Positions 51,763-64,000 of a DNA stretch of 64,000 bases are shown here, piece after piece (positions within the stretch are counted from its first letter, which is position 1; the number at the start of each line of letters is the position of its first letter). Below the pieces are notes generated by a model. The model saw nothing but the letters and a program-made list of their open reading frames with translations, searched no databases and was not told the DNA's origin. The stretch lies in NCBI RefSeq assembly GCF_030684315.1, contig NC_081372.1:55805070-55869069 (forward strand), read 5' to 3'. The DNA is from Stegostoma tigrinum. Lineage: Eukaryota. The translations under genes and the position numbers were made by a program.

Positions 51763-52170
51763 ATCCAATTAATAGTGAGCATTTGACTGAAAAAAAACTT
51801 GCGCAAATTAACTGTTTCCAATGTGAGTTATGAGAAATGAATTCAAAACTGTCAACTGTATTCAAGCTGTTGCTATATAAAAAGGTAAGCTTAAAAGTAG
51901 AACAGATTATCACAATTTACAAAAATAGGCGTGCAAAATATTGATATGTTTATGTCTAAAATTAGTGTGTTTAAATTTGTTGTAACACAGGCAGCCATAT
52001 TGGAGAAAAAGGGGGCCATGGCAGGAGGCGGACTGCAAGCAGGGAAACCAAAACCAGCTGAAAAATGAAAAGAAACACAATAAGGCAAACCCAGCTCAGC
52101 CACATCGATAATGAAATAAGGAAACTGCTCTGGCTTCACAGGAAACCTTAAAAACAATATCGACACTTAC

Positions 52171-52243
52171 TCGGCATGAAATCCATTGACGTGTAAAATT
52201 CGCATCTGCTTGACGATAGTGCTTTTACCGGATTCACCAGCTC
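52171..52243 (-). CDS. GNAS: GNAS coding exon 2 (P-loop GAGESGKS; ...[16 protein letters not shown])
   Basis: Acceptor attacag|GA, donor GA|gtaagt, 73 nt, in frame with exon 1. Encodes the G1 box GAGESGKST. Confidence 0.98.
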
Positions 52244-53290
52244 CTGTAATAACGAAATGCGATTTTGAATAAAATAATTCTCAACTCAAAAGCACAATTT
52301 TCTCATGTTTAGACCCACAGTAAAAGGTTTGGGTTCTTTCATTCTCCAAAAGTCTCAAAACACAATGAATTTTTAAAAAACATTTCACTCAATTTATCCA
52401 CTTTCTCGGCGTTTCTTACACAAGATTAGCTTCTTACTACAGGGTCCTCTCCCTTTTTCCTTCAAAAATAACTTCACGACCCACCTATCACTTGAGCAGC
52501 AGTTAATCAAATCTGGTATTCCCCTTCCCTCCCCTACAGTTTACACCATTTTAAATAATTAAAACAGCCTTCAAAAATACACAATATCAACAAGCCTAAC
52601 ATTTCTAACCTCTCAGAGCAACTAAGTGTGTATTATCTGACTTGGACCCATTTGTAAATTAAAACCCATTTCCAGCAACAAGCGGCCTCCATGTTTATAC
52701 AGTTAGCAACAGGCCCTTCCACCTCCTCAAACCCTCCATTCAAAAAAGCAACACATCTCAAAAACAAATAACGCGACAAATTACTGCTTTAGAAAAGAAA
52801 CATCCAGAATTTGAAGGACCCACACGGGCAATAACAAAAAAAATTCCTTCCAACGACAACAGCAAGCCTCCATGTTGTATTATTTTTATATACACATACA
52901 CAGACGCTAAAGCCCAGGAACCTGCAACGTTTATTTTTAAAAAAATCCCCACCTTCACAGGTCTTTCTCTACTCGAGCTGTTTAATTTAAAGATTGGCTT
53001 TATTGTTAAAAAGGAAGCGGAGATTGTGGTTGGGTTGGGGGGGCGTTATAAATACAAATCTCCAAGAAATAAATCATTTAATTTACACCCACATCAGGCC
53101 CTCGTCTCCCCCAGCTCAGAAGCCATTTCCCCATCGTGGCCTGTCAGTGCTGCGGCTTCGAGATGGTTCTGCAGCCGGCTACCGGCTCAGTACTTTTACC
53201 CCGCCTTGAGTGAAGTAGGGGGTGAAGTTATCGGTTTCTTTCCTCCCCAATCCCCCGGGGGGAGAGTCCCTAACGCCTACTCCCTGGAGA

Positions 53291-53999
<709 letters not shown>

Positions 54000-54460
54000 C
54001 TAGGCCCCGGACCCACCGAGGGCACAGCGCCGGGCCCCCGGCTCCCCGTCAAAGCCGTGAGAAAGGGCCCCGAACCCCCCAGGGACAACTTTTCCTGTCA
54101 ACTACAGCCCTCTCTCCCTCCCCCCCAACACTTCTACACCCTTAGTCGCCGCCCAAATAATAAAAGATGGAGGGGAAGATCCAGCTCAGATCGGGTGAAA
54201 ATTATTAGTGAATAATCCCGCTTGGCCGCTACTGAAATCCAGTCAGATCCAAGGCCGCCCGTTTTCCTTCACTGTCGACACTCCCTGCCGCTTCGGTTTG
54301 TTTTCCGCCCCCCTCCCCCGTAAAACCTCCTCTCCTCCCCCTCCCCCGCCGCCAGGGGAAGGCGGCTGGCCGAGTTTGGGGGTGGCTACAGGCTGGGCTC
54401 GGCCGCGGGAGAGCAGGGCTTCCTCTGTCGCCGAGGGATGGGCATAGACCGGGGACCCGG

Positions 54461-54540
54461 CTCTCTCTCTCTCTCTCTCGGTCCCTCCTCCCTGGGCAGG
54501 GCTGGAATGGGATGGGCTGGGCTGGGCTAGGCTAGGCAAG
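54461..54540. repeat. (CT)n tract followed by a degenerate (GGGCT)n pentamer repeat
   Basis: (CT)9 at 54461-54479 and gggctgggctgggctaggctagg at about 54514-54536. Confidence 0.85.
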
Positions 54541-57099
54541 GCAGGGCCAAGGCCCGGCCCCGGAGACCCTCTCAGTTCGTGGGGGGGGCAGAGAGAGAGA
54601 GAATATCTTTTCAGCAATTCCTTCCTTTTTAAAATGGCTCGGGATGGCCCGTGGGTTTTTTTTTTGGGTCGTTGTTCCTCTGTCCGGGAATGTAAAGCAG
54701 AAATCAATATCACGAAGGTGAGAAATGGAGGCGGCGCCGGCTCTTCTCGCTCTATTTAATTGCTCTCTCCCTCCTAGTCCTGCTGGTGTCCTCGCCTTGC
54801 CACGGAGTGGATGTCTTCTTGCTCGTTTTCTCTTATTTTTCTCTCCCCTGGGGGGACTCAGCTTTCTTTCCTCCTCCCCCACCTAAACAAAACAATTTCC
54901 CTCTCGGAGTCGGCTCAGTTTCCTTTCTGGGTTGGTTTTCCAGTGTGTGCAATTTCTGCTTTCAGTTGCCCGCTGACGGTTTGCTGTCTTTTCGCCCCCG
55001 GTGTAAATCCTGCCCCTTTTGCTGGCAATCTGGTTTGTGGTAAACACAAGCTCAAGTCTTCTGGATTATACGAGGGAGAAAAGCGTCTCCTCTTCTCGTC
55101 CCCAGGTATGTAAAGCTTTTTTTTCAAAAAAAAGTTGAGGAATATTTCTACATAGTATATTTATCTTATTACACCGAGCAGTCCTGCCTGCTACTGCATC
55201 TGTAGAGAGGCGGAAAAAAAGCAGAGAGAGAGAGTGGCACTAGTGAAACGGGTGGGGCAAACATCAAGCTGTACCATGGGTACCTCCACTCTCACATGAT
55301 AACAATAGCGTCACTACACTGCATGCCAAGGCGCCCTCTTTAAAGATTCAGACAAGGGAACCAACGCAACAAATATGGAATTCAAGAAAATCAAAATCCA
55401 TTAAAAACTAGAGTGCTAAAAAGGGATAATGCTTTTAGTGTTCTTCCATTTCAATCTGCATTTTCACTGAAGGTGGTCTTAATTCTACACTGGGGAACCT
55501 TTAACATGTCCAAATTAACATTTACCAGGATACCACTCGAGCATACTCATCCTTATTTGCAAAATTGTGAACTTATTTTGTCATATTTCCATCTTTGACT
55601 TGTACTTTTCAGGTGGTGACACTATACAGAAGACTAGTGTCAGCATAGAAGTAGCTCCCATACATTTTGAAAACCAGTAACTTTACATCAATTAATTCAA
55701 TAAGGAGAAGTGTGCACTGTATGTTTTGTTATTTTTATGTAGGAAATCACAAACCGACATTGTGCCCAGTCTTTTTTTACTGATGGTTCAAAACACAAAC
55801 TGGGCAGAAACACGATTGGCCAACATTTTTGCTTAAAATCATGTAGAATTTGTCAGCATACCTACATAGTACAGACAGTCATTATGATGACAAGACTACT
55901 GAGGTGTGAAGGGTGCCATGGCTGAGTCCAATTCTCCCCTAACCAAGATAATGGGGTGCTTGTGGTGTGGTAGTTGTGCCCCAACTCTGATCTAGGAGGC
56001 CTCGAGTCAAGTCTCACCGACATCTCTGACAAGCTGATTTTAGAAAATAAAGCAAAGGTTTGACTGAGCTCAGTTTCTTGTTTTAAAAAAAAAATCACCA
56101 AATACAGATTTATTTTAACCATACCTAGTTCTAGCATAGAATATAAAATAATTTTCTGACCAAGAACTGCAAAGTCAATTCAAATCACAAAGTAAATCTG
56201 TATACTAATATTCTTGGAAAAAATTGTACATCTTACTGACGTGTGTCATTAATAATGTGTAAAATTGGCTAACAAGTTTAGAGGATAGGAGTTTGAGCTA
56301 TAACTCTCCAGAATTAGCAAGTCAAATTTACACCACGCTGCTGTCTGCCTCACAGAAATATCATTTCATCCTTAGTCTTGGTTGTTTTGAAGAAGCTGTT
56401 AATTTTGATTTTTAATACTTACCCTTCTATGCTATGGTGACTTTACTCACTATGACTTTACCATTAATATTGAATGCAGAAAGTTACCATTAGTAATTAA
56501 GAACAATACACCCTTTTTAGAATGTGATAATCGATCAGCTTTACATGAACAATATTCCCACTCCAGAAAAGGAACAATTTAAACAGTTTCTTATTTTTAT
56601 GCAACTTGTTTTAAAATGTAAAATTTCTGAACATTTAAGCTTGTTAATGTTGACTGTTCTATCCAATTTTCTTCCAACCTTTAATTTTCTTTCTGATATT
56701 ACTTACTTTCCCCTGTTATTTTGTTGGTTCCCTCTAAACTTTTAAATCTTGTTGGTTGAGAAGGTAAACTGACAGCAAATCATATAAATTAAGGTTGAGA
56801 TGCCCTGTTGTCCTCAGCAGTTTCAGCACTTCCAGCAGATTACAGCACGTTGTCCAAATCAAGCTGCAGGGTGCTGGCTAACTAAAAGCACACACTACGT
56901 ATGCTATCTGTATGTGGCTCAGTGGACTGCTTTCACTCATTCATCCATTGAAAACTTCAGATGTGAAATTGTCTGCCAGTCAGACTTCCACACCCCCTCC
57001 CCTCCCCCCCACCCCAGAGTACTGAAACCACACTGTCATAAATTACATTTCTACACGACCATAAACTGTCCCTTCTCGATTTGACTGCAGCTTTCATAC

Positions 57100-58640
57100 A
57101 GTTGACACCACCTTCAAATGAGGCTGTATTGTTGGCCAAGGGGCAAACTGCTATCATTGGTGCCATGTTGTCTGTTTCATTGTAGCAGAGAATCACTTGC
57201 ATTTTTTTTCTGATCCCAAACTTCTAACTCTGGTGTTCCTCAAGGATCTATCCATGGAGCTCCTCCCATTGCTCATCTACATGCTGACCCTTGGTTACAT
57301 TTTGCAATAGGAGAGCATTAATTTTCAGAATTGAAGTTGTCACTGTCCAGTTCTAACTCATTCATCACCAACTTCTCTACTATTGTAATGAGAAGTTTCG
57401 TCCAATTAAAGATTTAGAAAACAGAAGCCATTATTTTTGGTCCCTGCTCCAAACTTTGTTTCCGAGCTACTAACTTCGACCTTCCCCATAGCAACAGCAC
57501 ATCTGATGAAACCCTCAGCCTTGCCTTTCTTAACTTTAGACTATTCCACCATACTCCTGACTGCTTTCCCACTTTCTACCTTACTTAAAGTGGATGTCAT
57601 CTAAAACTCTCTTGTCAGTATCTTAATGCCATTCTCAAATCATCCTTGTGTTCACTGACCTACTTTGGTTCCCATTCAAGCAATATCTTGATTTTACAAT
57701 TCTCATTCTGGTTTTCAAATCCCTCCATGGTCTTACCCTCCCTTTCTCTGCAAAGGCAAGAAAACGTTTGACACACTTGCCTTCATTGGTCAGAACACTG
57801 AGTATAGGAGTTCGGACGTCATTGTTACAACTGTACTGGAATATGGTGAGGCCACTTTTAAGAGTACTACATACAATTCTGGTTGTTTTTGTGTAGAAAG
57901 GATGTTGTTCAACTTGAGAGGGTGCAGAAAAGATTTACAAGGCCATTGCCAAGGTTTGAGATACAAGGAGAGGCTGAATAGGCTGGGGTTTGTACCTTCT
58001 GGAGTATCAAAGTTTATAAAAGCATGACTGTCATGGATAGGGTGAATAGTGGTGGGTAATTTTCCTATGGTGGGTGTTGTCCAAAACTAAAAGGCATAGT
58101 TTAAAAGAGAGAGGGGAAAAATTTAGAAAGGACCTGAGGAGTAATTTTTCCACACACAGGGTAATGCATGCATGGAATGGGTACAACTACAACATTTTAA
58201 AAAGGCATTTGGATGGTTTTTAAAGGGTATGGGCCAAATGCTGACAAGTGGGATGAGGTCAGATTAGGATATCTGGTTGGCATGAACGAGTGGGGCAGGC
58301 GGGTCTGTTTCCATGCTGAATGACTATGATTCTATCTGAGCTCCTCTAATTCTGATTTCCTGCAAATGCCTAATTTCAATTACTTCATCATTGGTAACCA
58401 GGCAATCAAATGTCTCAGTTCAAACCTCTGAAAACCCTCTTTATAATTCTCACAATCTAACACTATTCTCACTTCTCTGCTTTAAGACAGTCCTTGAAAC
58501 TTACCTCTTTGAAGTGTTTGGTCATCTGACCTAATATCTCCTTATGTGGATTAGTGTCATTGTTGGTTTTGTAATGCTTCTATGAAGTGCCTTGAGATAT
58601 TCTGTTACATTAAAGGCACTAAATGTAAGTCATTGCTATC
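57100..58640 (+). mobile_element. L2-type LINE 3' fragment interrupted by a CR1 3' fragment (about 57750-58335)
   Basis: GVPQGSI.G..LLIYML (RT), LLWFP.KQ.LDF.ILILVFKSLHGL and an L2-like tail taaaggcacta. The nested CR1 has LERVQKRFTR. Confidence 0.8.
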
Positions 58641-60609
58641 ACGATCTTCTCTTTTCATTTTCATTGCATAAATTTCTGAAAGTTGATTAGAATCCTCGTC
58701 AAGTGTGTTTTTGGACCCTTAATATTGTAATTAGCCAATCTTGAATACTGCTAAAAACACTTTCAAATATTATTTATCAAACTGTCACATTAATACACAG
58801 TACTTTCTGGCACATTGTTAGTATGACCTGACACTAACTATATATTTGCAAATGAAGTATGTACAAAAAGGGAAAAAAAAAATCCACCAACATCATTGTT
58901 GGACTCCATAAAATGATAGAATTTGGGCATCAAGAAATGGATTAACTTAGAGTCAAACTGAAAAACTGATCTTCAAACAAAAAAGTGAGGACATTTGAAA
59001 TATACATCAGAAATTGCTTTGGTCAAAAATCCAGTTCAGAATTTCTGGCAGAATACTCAAGAATAATAATGAACAGATTCAAATACTGTCTGGCAATTTG
59101 TTTTTATTAAAAGATAGAATAATGGGATTGTGTCCAAATGGTTTGATTGAGAAGTAGTTTCCTGTGCAAATACTTTTTATTACTTTACTGAGTACCATGA
59201 AATGACTTTCCAAAACAGTCAAAAGGAGCTTCTAGCACTGATCAACTTTTATACGGGAGATGAAATTACCAAGATCATTAACTGAATATTATACAAACAC
59301 TGCTTAAAAACTGGTTCAGATGTTGCAAAAAGGTGTTTCTATTGCTTTTGGTCAAAAGCATTTCCCAAGCATCCCATTAGTCCAGTCTGAATTTCTGCAC
59401 TAATGCATTCTCTATTCGAATGTAGACAGGCACTCTTTCTGATTATTTTTTTCTCTTACGTCTTAGCCGTCAAACACCAAGACAACTACTTTTCCAATAG
59501 CTACAATGTAATAAAAATACTAGCTCGTGTTATAAACTGAAACAATAAACAGATGAGAAAATTAATCAAACTGTCTCTAAATATAATGCATCCAAGTGTT
59601 TCTGCGGTTGTGAATTTTTAGTAGTACAATTTGAGGAAATATTTCTGTAGATCGATTGCTGATAATTTTACCCAATTTAGCTCTAATCCTTGACTAGTTT
59701 TTTTCCCCCCTCTTTAACATTCATAAAAAGATTGGAGACAGTGTAAAGTTGAAACTTATGGCAGCCTATATTTAATTGTATCAATCAGCTTTCAACGCCG
59801 AGCAAGTGAGTGCACTTTAAAGGTACAAAAGTGTGAAGCATTATAATTTAGCAGTGTTATTTTGTTTAGACATTATACTTCATTTCACTATGCAACCGTT
59901 GAAGTGTATCATTGAAATGAAGGTTAATTGTGTTTTCTTATGTAACAAACTAAGCTTTCAAATAAATTGTTTATTTAGTTTGCAAGTGTCACATATCCAA
60001 CAGGAATGTGTATGTCTCTCTACTGAGTCAAAGATCATCATTGGTTACAGAAACAGACAAACAAAAGCAAAGGTATATAATAAATTAAGCCCTGCAATGC
60101 AAAACCTCAAAACTTATGCATTTGTGCATTAAACACATTAAAGCGCTCCAGCCCCACTACTTATGTTCCCCAATTTATTTTGGCCTTCGAGAAAGTTCAA
60201 GGCAGTCAATCAATCTCCTGTGAAATTTTTCCTTACTCTACCGAAAGGAAAGCAAGATTAAGAATTCCAAGATCTTCATCAAATATGATCATTCATATTA
60301 TAGGCAAAAGCAAACTATTCTGGAAAATTTAAGTCTCATTTCAAACCAGATATTTATTTACCTTTCTTTTATTGAAGAAAGATAAAGGCACAATGTCACT
60401 TAAGACAAGATGCTTTTAAGTATCAGAGGAACATTATCAAGGAAATGGTTGAAGAGAAATTTATGATCTGCTAGAAAGATCGAGTCAGAAATGTGTTTAA
60501 ACTCTGAAGATATTGTATTCATTTTCTGAAATTACCGACACTAATATAGTCACAATGAAAAACCAAAACAAACGTCATAAACAAATAATGAGAGACAGTT
60601 TGCACTGGT

Positions 60610-61165
60610 GTATCATAGAATCATACAGTACAGAACAGGCCCTTTGGCCTATCTAGTTGGTACTGCCAAAAATATACTATGGCCTATCCTAGTCCCACTT
60701 TCCTGCACCAGACTCATCACCCTGAATGTTATAACATTTTGCATGCTCATCCAAGTACTTTTAAAAATGTTGAGGTTTCCTGCCTCAATTACCCTCTGGG
60801 CAGTGCATTTCAGATTACACCACTCTCGAGGTGAAAAGATTTTTCCTCAAATCCCCTCTAATACATCTGCCTTTTATTTTAAAGGCATGTTCCTCCTTCA
60901 ACAAAAGGGGAAAAGTTGCTTTCTATTCAGCCTGCCCATGCCCCTCAACCTTCTCTGCTCCAAAAGAAAACAACTTCAGCTCATCCAGCCTCTCTTCACT
61001 GATGAAATGCCCCAATCCAGGCATTATCCTGGTCAGTTTCCTCCACACCCCCTCCAGTGCAATCACATTCTTCTTGTAGTGCAGTGACCAGAACTGCAGT
61101 ATTCCAGCTGTGCCCTAGCCAAAAGTTCTGTACAGTTTCAACAGGACCTCCTTGTTCTTATAATA
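60610..61165 (-). mobile_element. CR1 3' fragment
   Basis: tcatagaatcatacagtacagaacaggccctttggcc tail and the ORF2 C-terminus in reverse. Confidence 0.85.
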
Positions 61166-61376
61166 AACCATCCACTCTGAACTTGTATTATCATCTAAAG
61201 GGCAACCTCATTTGGTCAAAATAGAAAAATAACCTGTTCAATGTATCCAAAAACAAATATCAACTAAAAGTTTGATATGTTTTAAGTTAGTAGGGTCAAA
61301 GATTTTAAGATGATTCATTAAATTTGCATGATCAATAATATGATCCATGGCATAAAGGCTGGAGAGGAAATGGGAG

Positions 61377-61690
61377 CACAGCGTGGCACAGTGGCTCAGT
61401 GGTTAGCACTGCTGCCTCACAGCACCAGGGACCCAGGTTTAATTCCACCCTTGGGCGACTGCCTGTGTGGAGTGTGCACGTTCTCCCAGTGTCTGTGTGG
61501 GTTTCCTCAGTGTGCTCCAGTTTCCTCCCACAGTCCAAAGATGTGCAGGTTAGGTGGATTGGCCGTGCTAAATTGCCCCATAGTGTTCAGGGATGTGTAG
61601 ATTAGGGGGAATAGGTCTGGGTGGGATGCTCTGTGTCAGTGTGGATTTTTGGGCCAAAGGGCCTGTTTCCACACTGTAGGGATTCTATGG
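61377..61690 (+). mobile_element. HE1-type V-SINE, near full length
   Basis: gcacagtggctcagtggttagcactgctgcctcacagc head, V-domain, tail gggccaaagggcctgtttccacactgtagggattctatg. Confidence 0.92.
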
Positions 61691-62208
61691 GCTCCAAGCT
61701 ACTTCAGGCTGACTGAAAAGCTGGAATCCGAAGAATGAAATGGGATAGGAATGGCAGTTACAACCGTCCCACTCCTGACAGATGCCTTGTAGAAGACACA
61801 GGCATTAATGGTCAGTTGAGTAATATGCTACAGCGTTCTCTTCTGCACTCTGGTGCTGGACTCTACCATTATTGTGAATAGGGATGTTCATGTAGATCTC
61901 TCCTCAGTTTAATTGCCACTACTACCATTTGCAGCTGAAGAAAATTCAGAGTTTTGACCTGGTCTGTTGGTTTGTGCCAGACAAAATGTTCACCAGTTTG
62001 GCACTTCCTTTTTTTGGTGTGCCTGTTCCCACTCCTGGTATTTTCCTGCATACCTCATTGAACCAAGGGTGATCCTCTGGCTTGATGGTAGTGATGAGAC
62101 AAGGATTGTAATGATAAATTTAGGATCAAGACAGACAGATTTTGGGTAAAGGTAAAGCTGCCATGGTCCAAGAGGACCACAAGAGCTGCTCTGTAATCAT
62201 GGAGAGAC

Positions 62209-62524
62209 GATGTGGAGGTGCCAGCGTTGGACTGGTTGAACAAGGTCAAAAGTTATGTGACACCAGGCAGGGATTTTAAAGAAATTCTGGGATTTGCATT
62301 TTAATCAATCAAACCATACATCTCCTATCTAACTGATTGATTAAAGATTTAACATGAGCGAATCAGCCAGCCATTTCAGGCTTATTTAATACATTTGCAA
62401 TGGCTGGATGATCTTTTACTAATAAATTCTGCGTCTTGATGCCTGTGCACATGATAAAGGAGCAATGCTCTAAAAGCTAGTGTTTTCATAAACCTGTTGG
62501 ACTATAACCTGGTGTCATGTGATT
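62209..62524. mobile_element. PLE family 2 inverted-end insertion with degenerate hammerhead
   Basis: gatgtggaggtgccagcgttggactgg...gacaccagg (-) joined to ...atgataaaggagcaatgctctaaaagctag...cctgttggactataacctggtgtc (+). Possible TSD ggagaga. Confidence 0.65.
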
Positions 62525-63319
62525 AGGGAGAGATAGTTGGTGCTGAGTTCAATAGAGGGTTACTGCACCTCAAGTAAGCCAAGTTGAGAAAGTGGAACCT
62601 ACATGGTTATTTTAGGTGGTACGGGAATTGAATCCACACGATTGGTGTTCCACTGCATTACAAACCAGCTGCGCAGCCGACTGAGTTTGAGACTATCGCA
62701 TGTTGCAGAATACAGTTCTGCTGATGACCCATAGCACCTCATGAATGCCCAGTTTTGAACAGCTATTAGCAGTTGTGAATCTGTGCTGTTTAGTCTGCTG
62801 GTGGAACATGTCCTCAAGACAAGACCACTCCGGTAGGTTGAAGACAATCAGGTCAAGACATTTGTTCCTTTTGTTGGTTCTGTCACGATTTGCTGCAGGC
62901 TCTATCTGGCAGCAGTATTCTTCAGGACCTGAGGACAGTATGAGGACAGTCAGTAATTAGCTGGATGTTTCCTTGCCAGCCAGATGTTGTGATGTGTCAC
63001 TCAGTCCGGAGTCACTGTTGAGGACTCAGAGCCACTCTTGTCAGTACACCACTATACTGCTATCTCTGGTATATCTGTCCTGCCCATGGAACATACCCAG
63101 GAATAGTGGAGGTGTCAGTGTCAGTTGAAAGGTACGATTCGGTGAGTACATTGAACTGTCATCATTTGCTTTCGACTAGTCAGAGTTTCAGTTCTCCTAC
63201 TTGGTATTAAGATTTTGCCGCGTTGTTTGGGCTGAGTCAGATATGTTGTGTCCCATTTCTAAGTTAATGCTAGATCAGTTTTATTATTATGTTTTTGTGC
63301 AGTGGTCTGATAGAACCTC

Positions 63320-63600
63320 CTGGCTTAAGTAAGCCATTGCAGAGGTAATTTAGAGTTAAATCAGCATCTGGAGTCACATGCAGGCCAACCAAGGTAAGGA
63401 CTATAGGTTTTCTTCTTTAACTAACATTGTCAGGCAGAGGGGTACGATTGTTAATCTGCTAACTTCACATTAAACATTGTCAAATCTGGTCTTTTGTTCT
63501 AAACTTGTATAATTAACTTTATATTTCGATTTGAACATATCTCCAGCATGTTAGCCCAGGTCTGAGGATTAGAGCTGACAAACATAACTGCAAATGTTGC
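63320..63600 (-). mobile_element. Degenerate tRNA-derived SINE (Meta/MESC-like)
   Basis: Contains the ctggagtcacatgcaggccaaccaaggtaagga core. Confidence 0.6.
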
Positions 63601-64000
63601 CCTTGGCTAAGCTGCACTTTTGTGCTCACTGCCCCCATCCCTATCCTTCCTCGTCACCACTACTACTGACCCAGGCTTTACACTTTCAATTACTTCCTTC
63701 CTTTACAGCGCAAAAAACTGTCACAGAAAAGGACTTTTGTTAACCCTTCTCCATGGGTTCAGCATCTTATTTTTTTCCTCCTCCCCCCAGGTAGCACCGT
63801 GGGATATTTTTCTACTTTTAAAAACAGTAGATAAGTGCAAATTGCATTCATTCTTCAAACAGGACTAAATAAATGGCCGTGGTATTCCTTGACTAGGGGA
63901 AAGGTTTCGCAAAATCCCTGTTCTTTACAATTATTTGTTGATCCCAGTGGGAATATTGGGAATTAGACAGATTGGTGGGGGCGAGGGGGAGAAACGCATG

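Noticed and set aside
61377-61460. tRNA genes (also at about 18030-18087, 50082-50150, 32600-32670)
   Set aside because: A/B boxes continue into SINE bodies and no intact cloverleaf is present.

Overview
Eukaryotic DNA, almost certainly from a cartilaginous fish: it carries HE1-type V-SINEs, many CR1-group LINE relics and shark-type Penelope-like elements (PLEs). The only protein-coding gene I can support is the 5' part of GNAS (Gs alpha) on the minus strand. Four coding exons (53789-53651, 52243-52171, 49935-49881, 49091-48972) splice in frame with canonical GT-AG sites and give [129 protein letters not shown]. This is the short Gs form, without a mammalian exon-3 equivalent. Positions 1-48971 appear to be one very large, repeat-filled intron, and a CpG island/promoter lies at about 53.1-55.1 kb. 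Most other ORFs in the track are repeat-derived or spurious. Most interesting signals: (1) an inverted pair of hammerhead-bearing PLE ends encloses a ~325 bp inverted copy of DNA lying 1.1 kb away; (2) minimal hammerhead ribozyme motifs lie on the GNAS pre-mRNA strand; (3) a ~35-bp periodic array of a conserved GTTCTAACTC motif with divergent hairpin-forming spacers sits at the start of GNAS intron 1; (4) YY1-like motifs cluster around the promoter, with signs of a divergent spliced transcript. Repeat boundaries were read by eye and are approximate.
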